Shown here piece after piece: positions 41,201-53,200 of a stretch of DNA of 64,000 nucleotides. Where the stretch lies: positions 186,001-250,000 of the forward strand of contig OZ024764.1 in NCBI GenBank assembly GCA_964016885.1, in the 5' to 3' direction. The notes beneath the pieces were generated by a model, which was given only the letters and a program-made list of their open reading frames with translations, did not search any database and had not been told where the DNA came from. The first letter of the stretch is position 1; every line of letters begins with the position of its first letter. The stretch comes from Eledone cirrhosa (taxonomy: Eukaryota). A program made the translations under genes and the position numbers.

Positions 41201-44200
41201 CTGTTGGAAAGGAGTTCATAACTTTGGAGTTATGAACTGTTGGAAAGGAGTTCATAACTTTGGAGTTAAGAACTGTTGGAAAGGAGTTTATAACTTTGGA
41301 GTTATGAACTGTTGGAAAGGAGTTCATAACTTTGAAGTTAAGAACTGTTGGAAAGGAGTTCATAACTTTGAAGTTATAAACTGTTGGAAAGGAGTTCATA
41401 ACTTTGGAGTTATGAACTGTTGGAAAGGAGTTCATAACTTTGAAGTTATGAACTGTTGGAAAGGAGTTAATTACTTTGGAGTTATGAACTGTTGGAAAGG
41501 AGTTTATAACTTTGGAGTTATGAACTGTTGGAAAGGAGTTTATAACTTTGGAGTTAAGAACTGTTGGAAAGGAGTTCATAACTTTGAAGTTATGAACTGT
41601 TGGAAAGGAGTTCATAACTTTGAAGTTAAGAACTGTTGGAAAGGAGTTAATTACTTTGAAGTTATGAACTGTTGGAAAGGAGTTCATAACTTTGAAGTTA
41701 TGGACTGTTGGAAAGGAGTTCATAACTTTAAAGTTATGAACTGTTGGAAAGGAGTTCATAACTTTGAAGTTATGAACTGTTGGAAAGGAGTTAATTACTT
41801 TGAAGTTATGAACTGTTGGAAAGGAGTTCATAACTTTGAAGTTAAGAACTGTCGGAAAGGATTTCATAACTTTGGAGTTATGAACTGTTGGAAAGGAGTT
41901 TATAACTTTGAAGTTATGAATTGTTGGAAAGGAGTGTATAGCTTTGAAGTTATGAACTGTTGGAAAGGAGTTCATAACTTTGAAGTTATGAACTGTTGGA
42001 AAGGAGTTCATAACTTTGAAGTTATGAACTGTTGGAAAGGAGTGTATAGCTTTGAAGTTATGAACTGTTGGAAAGGATTTCATAGCTTTGAAGTTATGAA
42101 CTGTTGGAAAAGAGTTCATAACTTTGAAGTTATGAACTGTTGGAAAGGAGTTCATAACTTTGAAGTTAAGAACTGTTGGAAAGGAGTTAATTACTTTGTA
42201 GTTATGAACTGTTGGAAAGGAGTTCATAACTTTGAAGTTAAGAACTGTTGGAAAGGAGTTAATTACTTTGAAGTTATGAACTGTTGGAAAGGAGTTCATA
42301 ACTTTGAAGTTATGAACTGTTGGAAAGGAGATTATAACTTTGGAGTTAAGAACTGTTGGAAAGGAGTTCATTACTTTGAAGTTATGAACTGTTGGAAAGG
42401 AGTTTATAACTTTGGAGTTATGAACTGTTGGAAAGGAGTTAATTACTTTGAAGTTATGAACTGTTGGAAAGGAGTTCATAACTTTGAAGTTAAGAACTGT
42501 TGGAAAGGAGTTCATAACTTTGAAGTTAAGAACTGTTGGAAAGGAGTTAATTACTTTGAAGTTATGAACTGTTGGAAAGGAGATTATAACTTTGGAGTTA
42601 AGAACTGTTGGAAAGGAGTTCATTACTTTGAAGTTATGAACTGTTGGAAAGGAGTTTATAACTTTGGAGTTATGAACTGTTGGAAAGGAGTTCATTACTT
42701 TGAAGTTATGAACTGTTGGAAAGGAGTTCATAACTTTGAAGTTAAGAACTGTTGGAAAGGAGTTCATTACGTTGAAGTTATGAACTGTTGGAAAGGAGTT
42801 CATAACTTTGAAGTTAAGAACTGTTGGAAAGGAGTTAATTACTTTGAAGTTATGAACTGTTGGAAAGGAGTTCATAACTTTGAAGTTATGAACTGTTGGA
42901 AAGGATTTCATAACTTTGAAGTTATGAACTGTTGGAAAGGAGTTTATAACTTTGAAGTTATGAACTGTTGGAAAGGAGTTCATAACTTTGAAGTTATGAA
43001 CTGTTGGAAAGGAGTTCATAACTTTGGAGTTATGAACTGTTGGAAAGGAGTTCATAACTTTGGAGTTAAGAACTGTTGGAAAGGAGTTCATAACTTTGAA
43101 GTTATGAAATGTTGGAAAGGAGTTTATAACTTTGAAGTTATGAAATGTTGGAAAGGAGTTTATAACTTTGAAGTTATGAACTGTTGGAAAGGAGTTTATA
43201 ACTTTGAAGTTATGAACTGTTGGAAAGGAGTTCATAACTTTGAAGTTATGAACTGTTGGAAAGGAGTTTATAACTTTGAAGTTATGAACTGTTGGAAAGG
43301 AGTTCATAACTTTGCAGTTATGAACTGTTGGAAAGGAGTTCATAACTTTGAAGTTATGAACTGTTGGAAAGGATTTCATAACTTTGAAGTTATGAACTGT
43401 TGGAAAGGAGTTCATAACTTTGGAGTTATGAACTGTTGGAAAGGAGTTCATAACCTTGGAGTTATGAACTGTTGGAAAGGAGTTCATAACTTTGGAGTTA
43501 AGAACTGTTGGAAAGGATTTCATAACTTTGAAGTTATGAACTGTTGGAAAGGAGTTTATAACTTTGAAGTTATGAACTGTTGGAAAGGAGTTCATAACTT
43601 TGAAGTTATGAACTGTTGGAAAGGAGTTCATAACTTTGGAGTTATGAACTGTTGGAAAGGAGTTCATAACTTTGGAGTTAAGAACTGTTGGAAAGGAGTT
43701 CATAACTTTGAAGTTATGAAATGTTGGAAAGGAGTTTATAACTTTGAAGTTATGAACTGTTGGAAAGGAGTTTATAACTTTGAAGTTATGAACTGTTGGA
43801 AAGGAGTTTATAACTTTGAAGTTATGAACTGTTGGAAAGGAGTTCATAACTTTGAAGTTATGAACTGTTGGAAAGGAGTTTATAACTTTGAAGTTATGAA
43901 CTGTTGGAAAGGAGTTCATAACTTTGAAGTTATGAACTGTTGGAAAGGAGTTCATAACTTTGAAGTTATGAACTGTTGGAAAGGATTTCATAACTTTGAA
44001 GTTATGAACTGTTGGAAAGGAGTTCATAACTTTGGAGTTATGAACTGTTGGAAAGGAGTTCATAACTTTGGAGTTATGAACTGTTGGAAAGGAGTTCATA
44101 ACTTTGGAGTTAAGAACTGTTGGAAAGGAGTTCATTACTTTGAAGTTATGAACTGTTGGAAAGGAGTTAATAACTTTGAAGTTAAGAACTGTTGGAAAGG

Positions 44201-47200
44201 AGTTAATTACTTTGAAGTTATGAACTGTTGGAAAGGAGTTCATAACTTTGAAGTTAAGAACTGTTGGAAAGGAGTTGACAACTTTGAAGTTATGAACTGT
44301 TGGAAAGGAGTTCATAACTTTGAAGTTATGAACTGTTGGAAAGGATTTCATAACTTTGAAGTTATGAACTGTTGGAAAGGAGTTTATAACTTTGAAGTTA
44401 TGAACTATTGGAAAGGAGTTCATAACTTTGAAGTTATGAACTGTTGGAAAGGAGTTCATAACTTTGGAGTTATGAACTGTTGGAAAGGAGTTCATAACTT
44501 TGGAGTTAAGAACTGTTGGAAAGGAGTTCATAACTTTGAAGTTATGAAATGTTGGAAAGGAGTTTATAACTTTGAAGTTATGAACTGTTGGAAAGGAGTT
44601 TATAACTTTGAAGTTATGAACTGTTGGAAAGGAGTTTATAACTTTGAAGTTATGAACTGTTGGAAAGGAGTTTATAACTTTGGAGTTATGAACTGTTGGA
44701 AAGGAGTTCATAACTTTGAAGTTAAGAACTGTTGGAAAGGAGTTCATAACTTTGAAGTTATAAACTGTTGGAAAGGAGTTCATAACTTTGGAGTTATGAA
44801 CTGTTGGAAAGGAGTTCATAACTTTGAAGTTATGAACTGTTGGAAAGGAGTTAATTACTTTGGAGTTATGAACTGTTGGAAAGGAGTTTATAACTTTGGA
44901 GTTATGAACTGTTGGAAAGGAGTTTATAACTTTGGAGTTAAGAACTGTTGGAAAGGAGTTCATAACTTTGAAGTTATGAACTGTTGGAAAGGAGTTCATA
45001 ACTTTGAAGTTAAGAACTGTTGGAAAGGAGTTCATAACTTTGAAGTTATGAACTGTTGGAAAGGAGTTCATAACTTTGAAGTTATGGACTGTTGGAAAGG
45101 AGTTCATAACTTTGAAGTTATGAACTGTTGGAAAGGAGTTCATAACTTTGAAGTTATAAACTGTTGGAAAGGAGTTCATAACTTTGAAGTTATGAACTGT
45201 TGGAAAGGAGTTCATTACTTTGAAGTTAAGAACTGTTGGAAAGGAGTTAATTACTTTGAAGTTATGAACTGTTGGAAAGGAGTTCATAACTTTGAAGTTA
45301 TGGACTGTTGGAAAGGAGTTCATAACTTTGAAGTTATGAACTGTTGGAAAGGAGTTCATAACTTTGAAGTTATGAACTGTTGGAAAGGAGTTCATAACTT
45401 TGAAGTTTAGAACTGTCGGAAAGGATTTCATAACTTTGGAGTTATGAACTGTTGGAAAGGAGTGTATAGCTTTGAAGTTATGAACTGTTGGAAAAGAGTT
45501 CATAACTTTGAAGTTAAGAACTGTTGGAAAGGAGTTAATTACTTTGAAGTTATGAACTGTTGGAAAGGAGTTCATAACTTTGAAGTTAAGAACTGTTGGA
45601 AAGGAGTTAATTACTTTGAAGTTATGAACTGTTGGAAAGGAGTTAATTACTTTGAAGTTAAGAACTGTTGGAAAGGAGTTAATTACTTTGAAGTTATGAA
45701 CTGTTGGAAAGGAGATTATAACTTTGGAGTTATGAACTGTTGGAAAGGAGTTCACAACTTTGAAGTTATGAACTGTTGGAAAGGAGTTCATAACTTTGAA
45801 GTTATGAACTGTTGGAAAGGAGTTCATAACTTTGGAGTTATGAACTGTTGGAAAGGAGTTCATAACTTTGGAGTTAAGAACTGTTGGAAAGGAGTTCATA
45901 ACTTTGAAGTTATGAAATGTTGGAAAGGAGTTTATAACTTTGAAGTTATGAACTGTTGGAAAGGAGTTTATAACTTTGAAGTTATGAACTGTTGGAAAGG
46001 AGTTTATAACTTTGAAGTTATGAACTGTTGGAAAGGAGTTCATAACTTTGAAGTTATGAACTGTTGGAAAGGAGTTTATAACTTTGAAGTTATGAACTGT
46101 TGGAAAGGAGTTCATAACTTTGAAGTTATGAACTGTTGGAAAGGAGTTCATAACTTTGAAGTTATGAACTGTTGGAAAGGATTTCATAACTTTGAAGTTA
46201 TGAACTGTTGGAAAGGAGTTCATAACTTTGGAGTTATGAACTGTTGGAAAGGAGTTCATAACTTTGGAGTTATGAACTGTTGGAAAGGAGTTCATAACTT
46301 TGGAGTTAAGAACTGTTGGAAAGGAGTTCATAACTTTGAAGTTATGAACTGTTGGAAAGGAGTTCATTACTTTGAAGTTAAGAACTGTTGGAAAGGAGTT
46401 AATTACTTTGAAGTTATGAACTGTTGGAAAGGAGTTCATAACTTTGAAGTTAAGAACTGTTGGAAAGGAGTTGACAACTTTGAAGTTATGAACTGTTGGA
46501 AAGGAGTTCATAACTTTGAAGTTATGAACTGTTGGAAAGGATTTCATAACTTTGAAGTTATGAACTGTTGGAAAGGAGTTTATAACTTTGAAGTTATGAA
46601 CTATTGGAAAGGAGTTCATAACTTTGAAGTTATGAACTGTTGGAAAGGAGTTCATAACTTTGGAGTTATGAACTGTTGGAAAGGAGTTCATAACTTTGGA
46701 GTTAAGAACTGTTGGAAAGGAGTTCATAACTTTGAAGTTATGAAATGTTGGAAAGGAGTTTATAACTTTGAAGTTATGAACTGTTGGAAAGGAGTTTATA
46801 ACTTTGAAGTTATGAACTGTTGGAAAGGAGTTTATAACTTTGAAGTTATGAACTGTTGGAAAGGAGTTTATAACTTTGGAGTTATGAACTGTTGGAAAGG
46901 AGTTCATAACTTTGAAGTTAAGAACTGTTGGAAAGGAGTTCATAACTTTGAAGTTATAAACTGTTGGAAAGGAGTTCATAACTTTGGAGTTATGAACTGT
47001 TGGAAAGGAGTTCATAACTTTGAAGTTATGAACTGTTGGAAAGGAGTTAATTACTTTGGAGTTATGAACTGTTGGAAAGGAGTTTATAACTTTGGAGTTA
47101 TGAACTGTTGGAAAGGAGTTTATAACTTTGGAGTTAAGAACTGTTGGAAAGGAGTTCATAACTTTGAAGTTATGAACTGTTGGAAAGGAGTTCATAACTT

Positions 47201-50200
47201 TGAAGTTAAGAACTGTTGGAAAGGAGTTCATAACTTTGAAGTTATGAACTGTTGGAAAGGAGTTCATAACTTTGAAGTTATGGACTGTTGGAAAGGAGTT
47301 CATAACTTTGAAGTTATGAACTGTTGGAAAGGAGTTCATAACTTTGAAGTTATAAACTGTTGGAAAGGAGTTCATAACTTTGAAGTTATGAACTGTTGGA
47401 AAGGAGTTCATTACTTTGAAGTTAAGAACTGTTGGAAAGGAGTTAATTACTTTGAAGTTATGAACTGTTGGAAAGGAGTTCATAACTTTGAAGTTATGGA
47501 CTGTTGGAAAGGAGTTCATAACTTTGAAGTTATGAACTGTTGGAAAGGAGTTCATAACTTTGAAGTTATGAACTGTTGGAAAGGAGTTCATAACTTTGAA
47601 GTTTAGAACTGTCGGAAAGGATTTCATAACTTTGGAGTTATGAACTGTTGGAAAGGAGTGTATAGCTTTGAAGTTATGAACTGTTGGAAAAGAGTTCATA
47701 ACTTTAAAGTTAAGAACTGTTGGAAAGGAGTTAATTACTTTGAAGTTATGAACTGTTGGAAAGGAGTTCATAACTTTGAAGTTAAGAACTGTTGGAAAGG
47801 AGTTAATTACTTTGAAGTTATGAACTGTTGGAAAGGAGTTAATTACTTTGAAGTTAAGAACTGTTGGAAAGGAGTTAATTACTTTGAAGTTATGAACTGT
47901 TGGAAAGGAGATTATAACTTTGGAGTTATGAACTGTTGGAAAGGAGTTCACAACTTTGAAGTTATGAACTGTTGGAAAGGAGTTCATAACTTTGAAGTTA
48001 TGAACTGTTGGAAAGGAGTTCATAACTTTGGAGTTATGAACTGTTGGAAAGGAGTTCATAACTTTGGAGTTAAGAACTGTTGGAAAGGAGTTCATAACTT
48101 TGAAGTTATGAAATGTTGGAAAGGAGTTTATAACTTTGAAGTTATGAACTGTTGGAAAGGAGTTTATAACTTTGAAGTTATGAACTGTTGGAAAGGAGTT
48201 CATAACTTTGAAGTTATGAACTGTTGGAAAGGAGTTTATAACTTTGAAGTTATGAACTGTTGGAAAGGAGTTCATAACTTTGAAGTTATGAACTGTTGGA
48301 AAGGAGTTCATAACTTTGAAGTTATGAACTGTTGGAAAGGATTTCATAACTTTGAAGTTATGAACTGTTGGAAAGGAGTTCATAACTTTGGAGTTATGAA
48401 CTGTTGGAAAGGAGTTCATAACTTTGGAGTTATGAACTGTTGGAAAGGAGTTCATAACTTTGGAGTTAAGAACTGTTGGAAAGGAGTTCATTACTTTGAA
48501 GTTATGAACTGTTGGAAAGGAGTTAATAACTTTGAAGTTATGAACTGTTGGAAAGGAGTTCATAACTTTGAAGTTAAGAACTGTTGGAAAGGAGTTGACA
48601 ACTTTGAAGTTATGAACTGTTGGAAAGGAGTTAATTACTTTGAAGTTATGAACTGTTGGAAAGGAGTTCATAACTTTGAAGTTAAGAACTGTTGGAAAGG
48701 AGTTGACAACTTTGAAGTTATGAACTGTTGGAAAGGAGTTCATAACTTTGAAGTTATGAACTGTTGGAAAGGATTTCATAACTTTGAAGTTATGAACTGT
48801 TGGAAAGGAGTTTATAACTTTGAAGTTATGAACTATTGGAAAGGAGTTCATAACTTTGAAGTTATGAACTGTTGGAAAGGAGTTCATAACTTTGGAGTTA
48901 TGAACTGTTGGAAAGGAGTTCATAACTTTGGAGTTAAGAACTGTTGGAAAGGAGTTCATAACTTTGAAGTTATGAAATGTTGGAAAGGAGTTTATAACTT
49001 TGAAGTTATGAACTGTTGGAAAGGAGTTTATAACTTTGAAGTTATGAACTGTTGGAAAGGAGTTTATAACTTTGAAGTTATGAACTGTTGGAAAGGAGTT
49101 CATAACTTTGAAGTTAAGAACTGTTGGAAAGGAGTTGACAACTTTGAAGTTATGAACTGTTGGAAAGGAGTTCATAACTTTGAAGTTATGAACTGTTGGA
49201 AAGGAGTTTATAACTTTGAAGTTATGAACTGTTGGAAAGCAGTTCATAACTTTGAAGTTATTAACTGTTGGAAAGGAGTTCATAACTTTGAAGTTATGAA
49301 CTGTTGGAAAGGATTTCATAACTTTGAAGTTATGAACTGTTGGAAAGGAGTTCATAACTTTGGAGTTATGAACTGTTGGAAAGGAGTTCATAACTTTGGA
49401 GTTAAGAACTGTTGGAAAGGAGTTTATAACTTTGGAGTTATGAACTGTTGGAAAGGAGTTCATAACTTTGAAGTTAAGAACTGTTGGAAAGGAGTTCATA
49501 ACTTTGAAGTTATAAACTGTTGGAAAGGAGTTCATAACTTTGGAGTTATGAACTGTTGGAAAGGAGTTCATAACTTTGAAGTTATGAACTGTTGGAAAGG
49601 AGTTAATTACTTTGGAGTTATGAACTGTTGGAAAGGAGTTTATAACTTTGGAGTTAAGAACTGTTGGAAAGGAGTTTATAACTTTGGAGTTAAGAACTGT
49701 TGGAAAGGAGTTCATAACTTTGAAGTTATGAACTGTTGGAAAGGAGTTCATAGCTTTGAAGTTAAGAACTGTTGGAAAGGAGTTCATAACTTTGAAGTTA
49801 TGAACTGTTGGAAAGGAGTTCATAACTTTGAAGTTATGGACTGTTGGAAAGGAGTTCATAACTTTGAAGTTATGAACTGTTGGAAAGGAGTTCATAACTT
49901 TGAAGTTATAAACTGTTGGAAAGGAGTTCATAACTTTGAAGTTATGAACTGTTGGAAAGGAGTTCATTACTTTGAAGTTAAGAACTGTTGGAAAGGAGTT
50001 AATTACTTTGAAGTTATGAACTGTTGGAAAGGAGTTCATAACTTTGAAGTTATGGACTGTTGGAAAGGAGTTCATAACTTTGAAGTTATGAACTGTTGGA
50101 AAGGAGTTCATAACTTTGAAGTTATGAACTGTTGGAAAGGAGTTCATAACTTTGAAGTTAAGAACTGTCGGAAAGGATTTCATAACTTTGGAGTTATGAA

Positions 50201-53200
50201 CTGTTGGAAAGGAGTGTATAGCTTTGAAGTTATGAACTGTTGGAAAAGAGTTCATAACTTTGAAGTTATGAACTGTTGGAAAGGAGTTCATAACTTTGGA
50301 GTTAAGAACTGTTGGAAAGGAGTTAATTACTTTGAAGTTATGAACTGTTGGAAAGGAGTTCATAACTTTGAAGTTAAGAACTGTTGGAAAGGAGTTAATT
50401 ACTTTGAAGTTATGAACTGTTGGAAAGGAGTTCATAACTTTGAAGTTAAGAACTGTTGGAAAGGAGTTAATTACTTTGAAGTTATGAACTGTTGGAAAGG
50501 AGTTCATAACTTTGAAGTTAAGAACTGTTGGAAAGGAGTTAATTACTTTGAAGTTATGAACTGTTGGAAAGGAGTTAATTACTTTGAAGTTATGAACTGT
50601 TGGAAAGGAGATTATAACTTTGGAGTTAAGAACTGTTGGAAAGGAGTTCATTACTTTGAAGTTATGAACTGTTGGAAAGGAGTTTATAACTTTGGAGTTA
50701 TGAACTGTTGGAAAGGATTTCATAACTTTGGAGTTATGAACTGTTGGAAAGGAGTTCATAACTTTGAAGTTAAGAACTGTTGGAAAGGAGTTCATTACGT
50801 TGAAGTTATGAACTGTTGGAAAGGAGTTCATAACTTTGAAGTTAAGAACTGTTGGAAAGGAGTTAATTACTTTGAAGTTATGAACTGTTGGAAAGGATTT
50901 CATAGCTTTGAAGTTATGAACTGTTGGAAAGGATTTCATAGCTTTGAAGTTATGAACTGTTGGAAAGGAGTGTATAGCTTTGAAGTTATGAACTGTTGGA
51001 AAGGAGTTCATAACTTTGAAGTTAAGAACTGTTGGAAAGGAGTTCATTACGTTGAAGTTATGAACTGTTGGAAAGGAGTTCATAACTTTGAAGTTAAGAA
51101 CTGTTGGAAAGGAGTTAATTACTTTGAAGTTATGGACTGTTGGAAAGGATTTCATAACTTTGAAGTTATGAACTGTTGGAAAGGATTTCATAACTTTGAA
51201 GTTATGAACTGTTGGAAAGGAGTTTATAACTTTGAAGTTATGAACTGTTGGAAAGGAGTTCATAACTTTGGAGTTATGAACTGTTGGAAAGGAGTTCATA
51301 ACTTTGGAGTTAAGAACTGTTGGAAAGGAGTTCATAACTTTGAAGTTATGAAATGTTGGAAAGGAGTTTATAACTTTGAAGTTATGAAATGTTGGAAAAG
51401 AGTTTATAACTTTGAAGTTATGAACTGTTGGAAAGGAGTTTATAACTTTGAAGTTATGAACTGTTGGAAAGGAGTTCATAACTTTGAAGTTATGAACTGT
51501 TGGAAAGGAGTTTATAACTTTGAAGTTATGAACTGTTGGAAAGGAGTTCATAACTTTGCAGTTATGAACTGTTGGAAAGGAGTTCATAACTTTGAAGTTA
51601 TGAACTGTTGGAAAGGATTTCATAACTTTGAAGTTATGAACTGTTGGAAAGGAGTTCATAACTTTGGAGTTATGAACTGTTGGAAAGGAGTTCATAACTT
51701 TGGAGTTATGAACTGTTGGAAAGGAGTTCATAACTTTAGAGTTAAGAACTGTTGGAAAGGAGTTTATAACTTTGGAGTTATGAACTGTTGGAAAGGAGTT
51801 CATAACTTTGAAGTTAAGAACTGTTGGAAAGGAGTTCATAACTTTGAAGTTATGAACTGTTGGAAAGGAGTTCATAACTTTGGAGTTATGAACTGTTGGA
51901 AAGGAGTTCATAACTTTGAAGTTATGAACTGTTGGAAAGGAGTTAATTACTTTGGAGTTATGAACTGTTGGAAAGGAGTTTATAACTTTGGAGTTATGAA
52001 CTGTTGGAAAGGAGTTTATAACTTTGGAGTTAAGAACTGTTGGAAAGGAGTTCATAACTTTGAAGTTATGAACTGTTGGAAAGGAGTTCATAACTTTGAA
52101 GTTAAGAACTGTTGGAAAGGAGTTAATTACTTTGAAGTTATGAACTGTTGGAAAGGAGTTCATAACTTTGAAGTTATGGACTGTTGGAAAGGAGTTCATA
52201 ACTTTGAAGTTATGAACTGTTGGAAAGGAGTTCATAACTTTGAAGTTATGAACTGTTGGAAAGGAGTTAATTACTTTGAAGTTATGAACTGTTGGAAAGG
52301 AGTTCATAACTATGAAGTTAAGAACTGTCGGAAAGGATTTCATAACTTTGGAGTTATGAACTGTTGGAAAGGAGTTAATTACTTTGAAGTTATGAACTGT
52401 TGGAAAGGAGTTCATAACTTTGAAGTTATGAACTGTTGGAAAGGAGTTCATAACTTTGAAGTTATGAACTGTTGGAAAGGAGTTCATAACTTTGAAGTTA
52501 TGAACTGTTGGAAAGGAGTTCATAACTTTGAAGTTAAGAACTGTTGGAAAGGAGTTCATAACTTTGAAGTTATGAACTGTTGGAAAGGAGTTCATAACTT
52601 TGAAGTTATGAACTGTTGGAAAGGAGTTCATAACTTTGAAGTTATGAACTGTTGGAAAGGAGTTAATTACTTTGAAGTTATGAACTGTTGGAAAGGAGTT
52701 CATAACTTTGAAGTTATGGACTGTTGGAAAGGAGTTCATAACTTTGGAGTTATGAACTGTTGGAAAGGAGTTAATTACTTTGAAGTTATGAACTGTTGGA
52801 AAGGAGTTAATTACTTTGAAGTTACGAACTGTTGGAAAGGAGTTCATAACTTTGAAGTTATGAACTGTTGGAAAGGAGTTAATTACTTTGAAGTTATGAA
52901 CTGTTGGAAAGGAGTTAATTACTTTGAAGTTACGAACTGTTGGAAAGGAGTTCATAACTTTGGATTTATGAACTGTTGGAAAGGAGTTGATAACTTTGAA
53001 GTTATGAATTGTTGGAAAGGAGTTCATAACTTTGGAGTTAAGAACTGTTGGAAAGGAGTTCATAACTTTGAAGTTAAGAACTGTTGGAAAGGAGTTCATA
53101 ACTTTGAAGTTATGAACTGTTGGAAAGGAGTTCATAGCTTTGGAGTTATGAACTGTTGGAAAGGAGTTCATAACTTTGAAGTTATGAACTGTTGGAAAGG

